A stretch of 48,345 nt of DNA. It comes from a virus. Lineage: Duplodnaviria > Caudoviricetes. Location of the stretch: the IMG/VR virus record IMGVR_UViG_3300037782_000051, positions 1 through 48,345 of that record; one strand, 5' to 3'. The notes under the pieces are model-generated. The model worked only from the letters and a program-made list of their open reading frames with translations. It was not told the origin of the DNA and ran no database searches. The translations under genes and the position numbers were made by a program. Positions 33,036-42,293 of this stretch are shown piece after piece (within the stretch, counting starts at the first letter, position 1; every line of letters starts with the position of its first letter).

Positions 33036-33387
33036 ACTTTTTCCGCTCCTGCGCCTTCGCTTTCTTCTTAACCGCCTCTAAGGTCCTAAAAAACTCAAGC
33101 ACCGTCATGATCTTCGGGTCTTTGGTCACGTGCTGCTGCATCGCAATGCAAACGTCTTCAAAACTTACTACCGTTTTGGCTTCAACGCCGTTCGGCCCCC
33201 AAAACTGTTGCGGTGCTGTAGAGGACAATAGCTGCCCGTCAAGCGTATCAATTTTGCTTTGTTCTATGTCTTTGCCTGTAATCTGCTCAAGCATCAGTAA
33301 CGCCCGCTGTTTGAGCTTCAGGTATTGCTGCTTAATTTTGCCGGATTCCTTTTGTGCCGGGAAATAAAGCTCCATTTCCCCATCCAC
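33034..33387 (-). CDS. Tail assembly chaperone, frameshift extension (gpT-like)
   Basis: Opens in the -1 frame exactly at the A9G run of the upstream ORF. Confidence 0.7.
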   Translation of the reverse strand: MDGEMELYFPAQKESGKIKQQYLKLKQRALLMLEQITGKDIEQSKIDTLDGQLLSSTAPQQFWGPNGVEAKTVVSFEDVCIAMQQHVTKDPKIMTVLEFFRTLEAVKKKAKAQERKK

Positions 33388-33794
33388 TTTTTTTTTACCG
33401 ATTCAATTGCAGCACGAACAACGCCTACAGTCAGCCCTTTTTTGTTCAGCCGCTGTAAGACCTCCCTTGCGCTTGCCTCATCGCTTATGCGCACCTCTTC
33501 GCCGTTAATCGAATGAATAAGCGCTGCAAAAGATAGCATCTCCGGGTTACTGTTCTCGATCACAAACGCCATGCTTTGGCGCATGTTGTCAAGCTCTCTA
33601 AGAGCATTTTCCTGTTGATTATGCTTAATAAACTGCCTTGCACGCAATAAACGGCGGTCTACATCTTCAATCGTGCCCCCTATGCCTGCATCAATAGCAG
33701 CGTACAAATTGAATCGGTGGAAGACGGTAATAGGCATCGTCTCTATGCTGTCATATAGTTTAACGGACTGCCCGTTTATTCTCAGCGTTTGCAT
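33318..33794 (-). CDS. Tail assembly chaperone (gpG-like)
   Basis: Contains GTA AAA AAA AAG (slippery A-AAA-AAG at 33387-33393); upstream of the tape measure. Confidence 0.7.
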   Translation of the reverse strand: MQTLRINGQSVKLYDSIETMPITVFHRFNLYAAIDAGIGGTIEDVDRRLLRARQFIKHNQQENALRELDNMRQSMAFVIENSNPEMLSFAALIHSINGEEVRISDEASAREVLQRLNKKGLTVGVVRAAIESVKKKWMGKWSFISRHKRNPAKLSSNT

Positions 33795-34372
33795 TAAGGG
33801 CAGTTTTGAAAGTAGTTGATAGATAGGTCAACACGCAAAGCACCAAACGGCTTCATTAGGAATTGATGGTCAATCTCCCAATAATCATAATCCTGGTATA
33901 TACCTGGTGCAGTATCAAGGAAGCGGATAGGCTTAATCTGAGCAGTAGAAAACGCCGTCTGCGCAAAGAAGTCAAGCACATCAGATTTTACCCGCTCAAT
34001 AGTGCTGCTCTGCCACTCCGTAGGGTACAAGTCCCGGTAATTGAAGAAGAACACCAATCCAACTTCAGTCTGCACCTGCGAGCGTGCGCGGTGGTAATCG
34101 ATAGTGTCGGTGCCCCCGGTGTCTAGGTAGCTGTGGTTCTTCAGGTGCGCATCAGGAAGCAGGTTCACGTATTCTTTGCCGCTTACCTGTACTGCCGGGA
34201 AGCGTAGCTCTCTGCCGTCACCATCGCGCTTTACCCTGCGCTCAGCTATCAGGTAGGCGTTCGTCAGCCAGTCAAAGTGCGCTAACAGCTTTGTGCGCAG
34301 CTCAATAGCTACGTTCTCGAATAGCTTAGGCGTCTGAGGGATATACGCCGGATGGTTCGCGGGCCTGCTCAT
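33794..34372 (-). CDS. Putative tail-completion or terminator protein
   Basis: Position between the neck gene and the chaperones. Confidence 0.5.
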   Translation of the reverse strand: MSRPANHPAYIPQTPKLFENVAIELRTKLLAHFDWLTNAYLIAERRVKRDGDGRELRFPAVQVSGKEYVNLLPDAHLKNHSYLDTGGTDTIDYHRARSQVQTEVGLVFFFNYRDLYPTEWQSSTIERVKSDVLDFFAQTAFSTAQIKPIRFLDTAPGIYQDYDYWEIDHQFLMKPFGALRVDLSINYFQNCP

Positions 34373-34812
34373 GATAGGATGAATTTTCTAAAGTCGTTCT
34401 GTAGCTTAGGGAGCAAAAAACGGTTCAGCACCGTCAGGCTGTCATCAGATAAGCCTAATATTTGCGGGCTGTACTTGCGCACCAGATCTGGTGTTTTCGG
34501 GTCATTCGCTACCAGCTTAAATTCTGTTGCTTGCCACTGCACGCCTACCGAGCGGTGAAAAGCGCCGGTGTCCCGAAGCGTTACCCGATTAGTAGGCTGC
34601 CCGGTCTGGCTTTTGATTGCCTTAGTGAATGCAGTGTAAGGTGGGGTAATAGCTGCCCCATCTGCCCGTTCGCCTTTGTTGAACATTTGCTCATCGGTGT
34701 TCAGGCGCTCGATGGTCGGCTGCTCGGTCTTCGCAACGACAATAACCCGCTTGGCTGCATCGCGCTGCCACTGCTGTAGAGACTTGGTGATATTGTCGAG
34801 GGATTTAATCAT
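34369..34812 (-). CDS. Putative neck or virion morphogenesis protein
   Basis: VTLRDTGAFHRS and ILGLS motifs typical of phage morphogenesis proteins. Confidence 0.6.
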   Translation of the reverse strand: MIKSLDNITKSLQQWQRDAAKRVIVVAKTEQPTIERLNTDEQMFNKGERADGAAITPPYTAFTKAIKSQTGQPTNRVTLRDTGAFHRSVGVQWQATEFKLVANDPKTPDLVRKYSPQILGLSDDSLTVLNRFLLPKLQNDFRKFILS

Positions 34813-34878
34813 TAGTGCAATATACTGGTTTTTGAAGTTTTATGCTTAGTTTTGGTGTGAACGAAAAAAACAATTACA

Positions 34879-35253
34879 ATGGAGTTATTAGATGTAAACC
34901 TAAAACGTCTTAAAGCTAATTATGCGAGATTTTACAAAAACAAACGCATAATTTTTTGGGGGGAACCAATAGAAATTGTAGAATCACTTGACTTTGTAAA
35001 TAATACTTTAGTATCTTTTAGAGTCAAAAAATTATACAAAGACGGTCACGCAGAGATAGATAAAAATATTATTGGCAGTTCTTTTTCCTTTAGCATGGCG
35101 CTAAGTTATTGTTTTGCCGAAACGGTTGCTTTTTATATTGACGGGAAATGCGAATTAACTTCAGTTGATCTTAGGAGAAGATCCAAAAATGGCAGTTTTG
35201 TAAGAAATGTTCACTTTTCAGTTAAGGAATATACAGGACCTCATATTGATTAG
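34879..35253 (+). CDS. Solo AT-rich hypothetical gene inserted antisense in the head-tail module
   Basis: ATG after AAAAAAACAATTACA; TAGTTTTG promoter-like motif at 34847. Confidence 0.7.
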   Translation: MELLDVNLKRLKANYARFYKNKRIIFWGEPIEIVESLDFVNNTLVSFRVKKLYKDGHAEIDKNIIGSSFSFSMALSYCFAETVAFYIDGKCELTSVDLRRRSKNGSFVRNVHFSVKEYTGPHID

Positions 35254-35262
35254 CTCTTTTTA

Positions 35263-36384
35263 CTAAACCGCCGTATACTTAACCCCCCTCCTTCTACACG
35301 GCAAACAATGCTTATCCAACTGCCCGGTATCAAGGCTAACGCTTTGCCGGGCTTTTTCTATCTTATGCAGCAATCCCATCGGGCGCGGGCCTGAGCTATC
35401 GCCGTGCAGCTCAAAATTAATCTGCTGTCGGTCTACAATCGCCTGATTGCGGTTAATGCGAGCGTTCGGGTTGTATGCCATCTCACCGAGCAATACAGCC
35501 GCTACGTGCAAGCTAATCAGCGTTTTGAACAACTCCTTTTGTTCTAACAGGAAAGTGGTATAGTCGCACTGCACATTCAGGCGCAAATTTAGCCCGAAAT
35601 TGGTATCATAGTTGTACGACATACGGCTGATGTCCCACAGTTCAGTCTTAGGTGCATCAACCTCAAAGGGAGAGACAAGCACCATTTTTGCACCGGGGAT
35701 TTGCTGAGATACCGCTGAGCGCTCGAAATAGTCGTACATGCTGTTAATGCTCTGCCCGGTAAGGTCGTTCTGATGATAGACAAGGTAGTGCGCACCGTAG
35801 CCCTCTACCGTCCAATTCACCGTTACCCACTGCACGCTGCCTGCCCCGGTGTACGTCACCTCTTGGCTGTCAACAACTGCCTTTTTATCGGAGCTGTACA
35901 GGTAGATGGTTAGCGTTTGGTTTTCAGTCAATTGGATGCCAATTTGCTCCACCGTCAGGCGAAGGTCGCGGCTGCGCTTTGGTACTAATTCAATGCCGAC
36001 AAGCTGCCCCCGGTCGATGTCTGTATGTACGTCACCGGCTGCTGTCTGCCATATCTGCCTGCGCTCTAACAGGTTCTTAGCTGAGCGTGTCGGTAGCTTG
36101 AAGTCAAGCCAATCATTTACAGCATTGATAATGCCGGCTTCTGTCTTCTCCTGTAGCCAATCGGTGAAAGCGTCTGCTTTTTCCTGATCAGTATCGCCAA
36201 TCAGGTCAAGGTCTGGGCCAATACTCAGCAGGTTGTCGAACGTCAACAGCGGGTGCACATCGTTGTAGTACATGCCGCTAGTGGTGCTTGTCAGGCTTTG
36301 CAGTTGCAGCCCGTCAGCATCGCGGTTCTGCCGCCAGCCGATAAGCCCGATAAGCCCTGTTTTGAGTTCGCTTGCTGAATACAT
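35263..36384 (-). CDS. Putative head-completion or structural protein
   Basis: 373 aa downstream of the capsid gene. Confidence 0.55.
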   Translation of the reverse strand: MYSASELKTGLIGLIGWRQNRDADGLQLQSLTSTTSGMYYNDVHPLLTFDNLLSIGPDLDLIGDTDQEKADAFTDWLQEKTEAGIINAVNDWLDFKLPTRSAKNLLERRQIWQTAAGDVHTDIDRGQLVGIELVPKRSRDLRLTVEQIGIQLTENQTLTIYLYSSDKKAVVDSQEVTYTGAGSVQWVTVNWTVEGYGAHYLVYHQNDLTGQSINSMYDYFERSAVSQQIPGAKMVLVSPFEVDAPKTELWDISRMSYNYDTNFGLNLRLNVQCDYTTFLLEQKELFKTLISLHVAAVLLGEMAYNPNARINRNQAIVDRQQINFELHGDSSGPRPMGLLHKIEKARQSVSLDTGQLDKHCLPCRRRGVKYTAV

Positions 36385-36452
36385 AGCGCTGTATTTGAAA
36401 ATGCAGCCCCACTAGGAGGCTGCACGAGATGAAACCAAATTGAAAAAACCAA

Positions 36453-36911
36453 TTACGGGGTTTGAGCAACCGTACTAATGCTGGGCCGGATGGTAGTCAC
36501 TTGCGTACTTGAAGGCGCTACAGCAAGCACCCGCATCTTACCACCGTTCAGGTTGCCGGAATAGACAACGCTGGTGTCAGTCGTATTGGTAAGCGTGTGC
36601 AAGGTTGCATATTCGGTGCCTGCGCGGTTGAGCGCTGCTTGTACGTAGAGGGTGTAATTGCCTGTGCCTGATTCTACAGACGTACTAAGCTGCACATCGT
36701 AGTCAATTGCAATGCCGAAAGTACCGAGAGAAAAAATAGCAGTATCAACGCTGCCTGATGTCTCAAGGGTATCCTGCGTGGCATTGATGTTGGTAACTGG
36801 CGCAAACTGCGCACCAACAGGCTCAGGATTGTTGACTGGCGCTGGCGGTTCCTCCGTGCAACCAAATGCAATGAAGGCGACAAGCGCTATGATAATGGTA
36901 TGGAATTTCAT
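36453..36911 (-). CDS. Lipoprotein-like protein downstream of the capsid gene
   Basis: MKFHTIIIALVAFIAFG|C lipobox, Pro-rich linker and beta-rich domain. Confidence 0.65.
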   Translation of the reverse strand: MKFHTIIIALVAFIAFGCTEEPPAPVNNPEPVGAQFAPVTNINATQDTLETSGSVDTAIFSLGTFGIAIDYDVQLSTSVESGTGNYTLYVQAALNRAGTEYATLHTLTNTTDTSVVYSGNLNGGKMRVLAVAPSSTQVTTIRPSISTVAQTP

Positions 36912-37012
36912 GGTATAGAAATTTTTGAAGGTTGAAAAGGCTAGGCGGCAGCTCATTTGCTACCCACCTAGCGGAACACTCACCTATGATCGCCCTTTCG
37001 GGTTCACATTAT

Positions 37013-38059
37013 TTAGCTCGTTGCGATGTCGAACTTGATGATCGGCGTCGGGATGGTCGTTGCATCGCTGTTGTAGGGCGTCAGGAACGCGATGTCAATA
37101 GCGAAGTCGAACGCCTGCTCATAAGTCCGGGTCAGTCCTGTAGTGCCAGAGTGCAGGGAGCTTGCATCTACTGCTTTTTCGTAGTAGTAGCTGCCGAATG
37201 TCAGGTCAAGGCCCGGCACAAGCACAGTGCCCCACTCATGCCCATCTGCAAGGGTAGTGCCTGCAAGTGAATCCGGCTCAACGCGGGTAACAATACCGAG
37301 CTGCCCGTCTGCTACCGCAAATCCAGTGGCACGCTTACCGTCAGCATTGCTGATGCCGTTGGTGAAGTGCATGTTCTTGTTCATGAATTGCAGCGTGCGG
37401 TCCTGCTGATTGAACTCGCCAAAGCCATCCATGCGCTTCAGGATCGCGTGAAAGCCTGGGTTGCCGATCACGTCCATCGTCATACCGTAGTAGTCGTTGG
37501 ACATCATCATCGGGTCAAGGTCGGAAAGGATGTAGCTCTCCTTGAGGCTCGGTGCAGTCTCGCTGACTACGTTGCCGGAGAATACATGCCCGCCGGTCAC
37601 ATCGCCGATCACCTGCGTTTTCTGCGCTTCTAACTGAGTGACTGCCAGCCCTTCAAGCGTTGACATCATCTTGACAATCATCGCCTCGAACTTCTTGTTG
37701 AAGTCCTGCTGATAGGTCACATCGTTGTTGAAGTGCTGCTGCGGGTACATCTTGAAACCATACGCCAAGGTGGTGAAGGTCAGGGTGTACAGCGCACTGG
37801 TGTTCTCATCAGCAGGGATAACCAAAGGGCGTGTGCTGCGGATGGTCACGTCTTTGTACTGAATAGCTGGGAGCTTGACGGTATTACCGAAGCTTCGCCG
37901 TACCTTTTCGATTAGGTCTGCAGTCAACCAGCTTGAGGGCGCATCCCCTTGGCGCTTGAAGGTGTCAAATGCACCTGCGCGGGTTACGCGAAACTCGTTC
38001 TTGTCAAATTCTGGCGCTTGTGCACGGAACTCTAACGCCAGCGTGTTCACTAAACTCAT
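37013..38059 (-). CDS. Major capsid protein
   Basis: 348 aa directly downstream of the scaffold-like gene. The N-terminus recalls Bacteroides siphovirus capsid proteins (from memory, unverified). Confidence 0.75.
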   Translation of the reverse strand: MSLVNTLALEFRAQAPEFDKNEFRVTRAGAFDTFKRQGDAPSSWLTADLIEKVRRSFGNTVKLPAIQYKDVTIRSTRPLVIPADENTSALYTLTFTTLAYGFKMYPQQHFNNDVTYQQDFNKKFEAMIVKMMSTLEGLAVTQLEAQKTQVIGDVTGGHVFSGNVVSETAPSLKESYILSDLDPMMMSNDYYGMTMDVIGNPGFHAILKRMDGFGEFNQQDRTLQFMNKNMHFTNGISNADGKRATGFAVADGQLGIVTRVEPDSLAGTTLADGHEWGTVLVPGLDLTFGSYYYEKAVDASSLHSGTTGLTRTYEQAFDFAIDIAFLTPYNSDATTIPTPIIKFDIATS

Positions 38060-38082
38060 GGTTTAAGTTTTTGTGGCTTGGC

Positions 38083-38098
38083 GCTGGCTCGTTCGCAC
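38083..38098 (-). promoter_or_regulatory. 16-nt motif GTGCGAACGAGCCAGC upstream of the capsid gene
   Basis: Identical copy at 42150-42165. Confidence 0.7.
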
Positions 38099-38120
38099 CA
38101 AAAAGATTACTGAAAATTGT

Positions 38121-39089
38121 TTACTTCAAAGGCAACTCCGAGACGTTCATCTCCCTGTATGCCTGTTGCATCTTTGTGTGATATTCATCACTGTCTGCTG
38201 CAATGCCTTGCTTCATCAGGGATTCCCGGATGAGCTGTGTGGCTTCGCTTTTGGTGCGCGGGTTGCCGCTGATGGCTACACTTTTGCCTTGGCTTGCGCC
38301 TGTTGGCTTAGTGCCGCCACCGCCTTTGCTACCCTCGTTCAGGACGTCCTTGATTTCATTCAAAAACAATTCCTGCGGCTTGAACGGTTCCTGTAGGTTC
38401 TTCGGATTGGTGACGATATTCCCTTGCTCGTCACGGAAGATAGGAATGCGCTGGCCGTCTCTTTCCATCCAATCGCGCTTGTACTGTGACAGCACTTTCT
38501 CTTTGGCTGTTCGGATGTACGTCTCGCGGATGGATTCAGGTATCTCAGCTTTGAACTGAACGCCTTGCAAGGCACTGTCGATGTGCTTTTCAAACTCAAA
38601 CCGGTCGAGCTTATCGCGCTCTTGCTCTAGCTGTGTTTTGTACTCATTTTCCTTTTCCTGCACCTGGTTTTTCAGGGCTTCGAGCTGCTGGTCACGGTCT
38701 TTGATCTGCTGCTCTAGCTTTTCAATACGACCGGAGAGCAGCCCGGACTTATCGCCGTCCTTTAGCTGGTCCTCAAGCAATTTCTTTTCTGCTTGAAGTT
38801 TTGATAGGCTGCCTTCGATTTCTGACGCTTTACCGGCTTGCTCTTTTGCTTCAGTAAGCGTCTGCTTAAGCAGTTCCCATGATTTTACCTCACGGGGCTT
38901 GTCTTTGCCGAAAACCTCCTTAATGTCAGCATCCAGCCTGTCCCACATCTCGCGGGTCTTCGTTGCTATCGCTTCATTGACAGCGCTCTGCTCTGAGTTG
39001 GCTGATAGCTTTTCAAGGGCCTGCAATTGCTCATCTGTCAGGCTCTGTAGTGCGGTTTGCTCTTTGATGATGTCTCTCGTAAGTGGCAT
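38121..39089 (-). CDS. Capsid scaffolding protein
   Basis: K/E/Q-rich coiled coil with a GGGGTKP linker near the C-terminus; upstream of the capsid gene. Confidence 0.7.
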   Translation of the reverse strand: MPLTRDIIKEQTALQSLTDEQLQALEKLSANSEQSAVNEAIATKTREMWDRLDADIKEVFGKDKPREVKSWELLKQTLTEAKEQAGKASEIEGSLSKLQAEKKLLEDQLKDGDKSGLLSGRIEKLEQQIKDRDQQLEALKNQVQEKENEYKTQLEQERDKLDRFEFEKHIDSALQGVQFKAEIPESIRETYIRTAKEKVLSQYKRDWMERDGQRIPIFRDEQGNIVTNPKNLQEPFKPQELFLNEIKDVLNEGSKGGGGTKPTGASQGKSVAISGNPRTKSEATQLIRESLMKQGIAADSDEYHTKMQQAYREMNVSELPLK

Positions 39090-39104
39090 TGGTTTTGGTT
39101 TTGG

Positions 39105-39593
39105 TTATGCTTTGCGCTCAGCGCCAAAAATATTCATCTCTTCAAGTGGCTTGATACCTTTCGGCAGGTGCAGCACCTTATGGATTACATACCCTTGCGC
39201 TACGTGGTAGGTGGCAAAGGTCGTCCAGCTTTTTGCATCGAACTTCTGCACTCGCGGCTTGCTGTCTTTCTTCGGTGGCCGCCCATCGTTGTAGGTAGGC
39301 ACCTCAATCAAGGCGTGCACGAATTTCTCTTCGCCCTTTGGTACTTCGTAATTGATCTGGCTCAGGTCCGCTTCGTGCGCATCTACCTTGTTGCTCAGCA
39401 GGTCCTCAAGCAAGGTGTCGTCATCGCCGAACGGCAACGGCTCATCCTGCGCCCGGAGTGCTTCAATGTCCTTTTCTACTGTTGCAGGCTTGACGCTGTA
39501 TTCATCGCACACGTGGGCAATGATGTCTTCGTCTGCCATGCCTGTCAATAGCAGCTCGTCAACCCTATTAAAACGTTCATCTCGTTTACTCAT
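39105..39593 (-). CDS. Hypothetical head-module protein
   Basis: Lies between portal and scaffold. Confidence 0.7.
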   Translation of the reverse strand: MSKRDERFNRVDELLLTGMADEDIIAHVCDEYSVKPATVEKDIEALRAQDEPLPFGDDDTLLEDLLSNKVDAHEADLSQINYEVPKGEEKFVHALIEVPTYNDGRPPKKDSKPRVQKFDAKSWTTFATYHVAQGYVIHKVLHLPKGIKPLEEMNIFGAERKA

Positions 39594-41346
39594 TAGTTAT
39601 GGTTTGCGCCGGAGCATCACCGGCAGGTTGTATAATATATCCCCGTAGCACATCAGCAATCCGCTGTATTTTCACCTGATAGTCCAGTTCCTCACCGAAC
39701 TGCAACAGGCTTGTATTTTCGCGCTCAAAGCGAGCTATCAAGGTGCTGAAGTTCATTTTCAGCATGTAGTCCTCATATTCAATCTCCCCTGCTTGATACA
39801 TCGCCTGCACCTGCGTTTTGTCAAGGTGCCGGAACGGGTCAAGGTCTGACATTATGCGCACCCGTTGCAGCTCGTTCGGGTTATTCTTGTAGCGTACTTC
39901 GTAGTATTCAGACTGCAACATACCTAGCACCTTGTCATCAACGCCCGCTGTCTTCGCCTGTTGGTACATCTCAAGCAGCTCAGCAGGTTCGTGCAGGTAG
40001 AACTCTGTCCCGTAGTTGATGTGCGCACTGACAAAAGCAGCACCATAACGAAGCCTGCAAATTGTCTCATCCACCCACTGCTGCGCCAGTTCAAACTGCC
40101 GCTTCAGGTTGCGTAATACCTGCGCTTTGCTTTCAAAGGAGGCAATAACCTGCTTTTCGTTCACCGCTTGGTCCTTGCTCATCTCACCACCTGTGCCTGT
40201 GACTGCTTGGAATATCTCAAGCGCATAGGCCCGCCGCTTTTCGCGCACGTAGTCCAAACTGTTGCGGTCGACACTGACAATACCTACCGGGTCACGAAGG
40301 TCGGCTTTGTCGTTCTCTAGGCCCGGAGGGGTTACCTCAACAAAGGAGCCTGCGCCGTTGATGCGCCGCTTAGAGCAAATCGGGCAGCGCTGTATGCCGT
40401 GCCCGTGCCCCCTGCTGCCTGAACGGCTTAGCACATAGGTGCTATCTGAGTCCCTGCGCAAAAAACCGCTGTCGCAATATACGAAACCATCACGGCTGTT
40501 GTCCGGTGCGCTGTAGTCGCAGTCCTGAGCGAAGCCCCAATAGATGGGATAAGCGCCGTACAGGTCCAAGTGGCGTTCAGATATAGCAAAGAACAGATAC
40601 CAGTCCAAGTCGCCGAGCTGCTTAGTGATCGGGTTTTGCTTAACGCCTTGCTGCCTGAAGTTGATGGCATCAGACATAAAGAACCGCGCCGGGCAGTAAT
40701 CAAGCCCATGCGCTGCCTGTCGCTTCAGCTCTCCTAGCTCCTTATCAGTGTAATCATACACCTGCACTGCCTCGTCATCAATAACAGCTAGTTCGTCATC
40801 TTCCTGCTCAAAGATGATGTAGTCGAATGTCACGCCATCCTCTTCAAGCTCGTAGTCGATAACACTGTCAATGCTTAGCCAATACCAGTACGCATCAGTG
40901 CTGTCTTCCGGCATGTCAACGACAAGAATAGAGTTAGGCATTGACCGCAGCGCCTGCATCCCTTTTGTTCGCCATTTGCGCTGCTGCTTTAGCACCTCAT
41001 CTCTGTACTTGTCCCAATCCTGCGCCGCTTCCGGCGTGGTAAATTCATAGTTGAAAACGGCGTTTTTGCCGTCGAAAATCTTTTCGAGTGCTGAATAAAT
41101 CTGCTCGGTAAGCTCTACTGTCTTACCGGGGAACCGGAACAACGAACAAAACACCTCATATTTCTGCTCAGGTATCAGGTCGCGTACCCAATTCAGAAAC
41201 TCAGTGGTGTACTGCTCAGCGTGGCGTTGGCTTAGTGATACATCAGTATGAAAGCGCACGCGCTGCTCATGACTTATTGCATCCGCAATCATCGTCCTGC
41301 TGCGCTTTGCTTCCAGTAGTTGTTGTATCTCGTTTTTTTGCAGCAC
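39586..41346 (-). CDS. Portal protein
   Basis: 586 aa, helical, downstream of the terminase and upstream of scaffold and capsid; GTG start. Confidence 0.7.
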   Translation of the reverse strand: MLQKNEIQQLLEAKRSRTMIADAISHEQRVRFHTDVSLSQRHAEQYTTEFLNWVRDLIPEQKYEVFCSLFRFPGKTVELTEQIYSALEKIFDGKNAVFNYEFTTPEAAQDWDKYRDEVLKQQRKWRTKGMQALRSMPNSILVVDMPEDSTDAYWYWLSIDSVIDYELEEDGVTFDYIIFEQEDDELAVIDDEAVQVYDYTDKELGELKRQAAHGLDYCPARFFMSDAINFRQQGVKQNPITKQLGDLDWYLFFAISERHLDLYGAYPIYWGFAQDCDYSAPDNSRDGFVYCDSGFLRRDSDSTYVLSRSGSRGHGHGIQRCPICSKRRINGAGSFVEVTPPGLENDKADLRDPVGIVSVDRNSLDYVREKRRAYALEIFQAVTGTGGEMSKDQAVNEKQVIASFESKAQVLRNLKRQFELAQQWVDETICRLRYGAAFVSAHINYGTEFYLHEPAELLEMYQQAKTAGVDDKVLGMLQSEYYEVRYKNNPNELQRVRIMSDLDPFRHLDKTQVQAMYQAGEIEYEDYMLKMNFSTLIARFERENTSLLQFGEELDYQVKIQRIADVLRGYIIQPAGDAPAQTITNE

Positions 41347-41482
41347 TTGCTGTTTGCTTTTTGCTTGTCCCTTTTTGCTTTTTCCACCCGTGGCCCATGC
41401 CTAGAATCCGCTTGGCATGTTCTGCCTCAAATTCGTAGGGCTTACCGGACTGCGGGTGGATTAATATTGTCGTTTCTTCCAT
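41267..41482 (-). CDS. Small basic hypothetical protein
   Basis: ATG immediately after the stop of the upstream gene; overlaps the portal start. Confidence 0.5.
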   Translation of the reverse strand: MEETTILIHPQSGKPYEFEAEHAKRILGMGHGWKKQKGTSKKQTASAAKKRDTTTTGSKAQQDDDCGCNKS

Positions 41483-41483
41483 C

Positions 41484-42128
41484 TTACGATGTTGCGAGTT
41501 TGTCAAGCGGGTTGAAGTCCGTAGGCGTCACCACGTAGAACTCGTCCAGAATGTTTGGCAGTACCTCAAAGCGGAATGCGTTGGCATCGCGCTCATCAAA
41601 ACCACCAAAACGCTTCTGCCCGAGGAAGAAAGTCTTTTCAGCTACCGGGATGGGATAGAACTCTGTCGGGTTGCTGTTGTCATCAGCAAGCCCGCCAATC
41701 TGCCCGTATTCGTTAATAAGGTAAACACCGAAGATCTCGCACTCATAAGCGCGGATCTCCTTTGCGATACTCTGCGGCAGCTCGTAGAAGTTGCCCTCGA
41801 ACAGGTCAAGGTTTGCGCCTTTCACCGCCTGCTTGCCACCGAGGGAATCATTGCCACCACCTACCAGGCGCGGTTCACCGGGCGTGTTGGTAACACCTTC
41901 AGTGAACGGGGTCTGCACTGCCTTAGTGCCGTCAGAGGCAGAAAGCAGCGGTGACCACGATGCAATCACATTCGGGTTCGCGGATGCGATTGTGAATTTG
42001 TTTTTGGTGGTGCCTGTGGAGTAGACTCGTTGAAAAATCATCTTCTGAATCTGACCAAAATCCTCCAAGCAGGTAGGAAGGGTAATGTCACCGGGAGCTG
42101 AGCCGGGAGGGCAAGAACATAATGCCAT
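41484..42128 (-). CDS. Major structural protein, probably tail tube
   Basis: 214 aa, beta-rich, MALCSCP...CLEDFGQIQKMIFQR. Shares an upstream 16-nt motif with the capsid gene. No other tail-tube candidate is evident. Confidence 0.6.
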   Translation of the reverse strand: MALCSCPPGSAPGDITLPTCLEDFGQIQKMIFQRVYSTGTTKNKFTIASANPNVIASWSPLLSASDGTKAVQTPFTEGVTNTPGEPRLVGGGNDSLGGKQAVKGANLDLFEGNFYELPQSIAKEIRAYECEIFGVYLINEYGQIGGLADDNSNPTEFYPIPVAEKTFFLGQKRFGGFDERDANAFRFEVLPNILDEFYVVTPTDFNPLDKLATS

Positions 42129-42149
42129 TGCTGTATGGTTTATGATCGT

Positions 42150-42165
42150 GCTGGCTCGTTCGCAC
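42150..42165 (-). promoter_or_regulatory. 16-nt motif GTGCGAACGAGCCAGC upstream of the probable tail tube gene
   Basis: Identical to 38083-38098. Confidence 0.7.
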
Positions 42166-42222
42166 GGGATTAACAAATAGTTGCAACAAAAATAGTATAA
42201 AAATTTGGAAATGTCAAACACT

Positions 42223-42250
42223 AAAAAACCCCTACCGGACAGGCAGGGGT
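42223..42250 (-). terminator. Intrinsic terminator after terL
   Basis: ACCCCTGCC...GGTAGGGG followed by T6 on the - strand. Confidence 0.65.
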
Positions 42251-42293
42251 GAAAAGTAGCATAAGTATGAAAAAAACATCGGGGTGAAGATAG

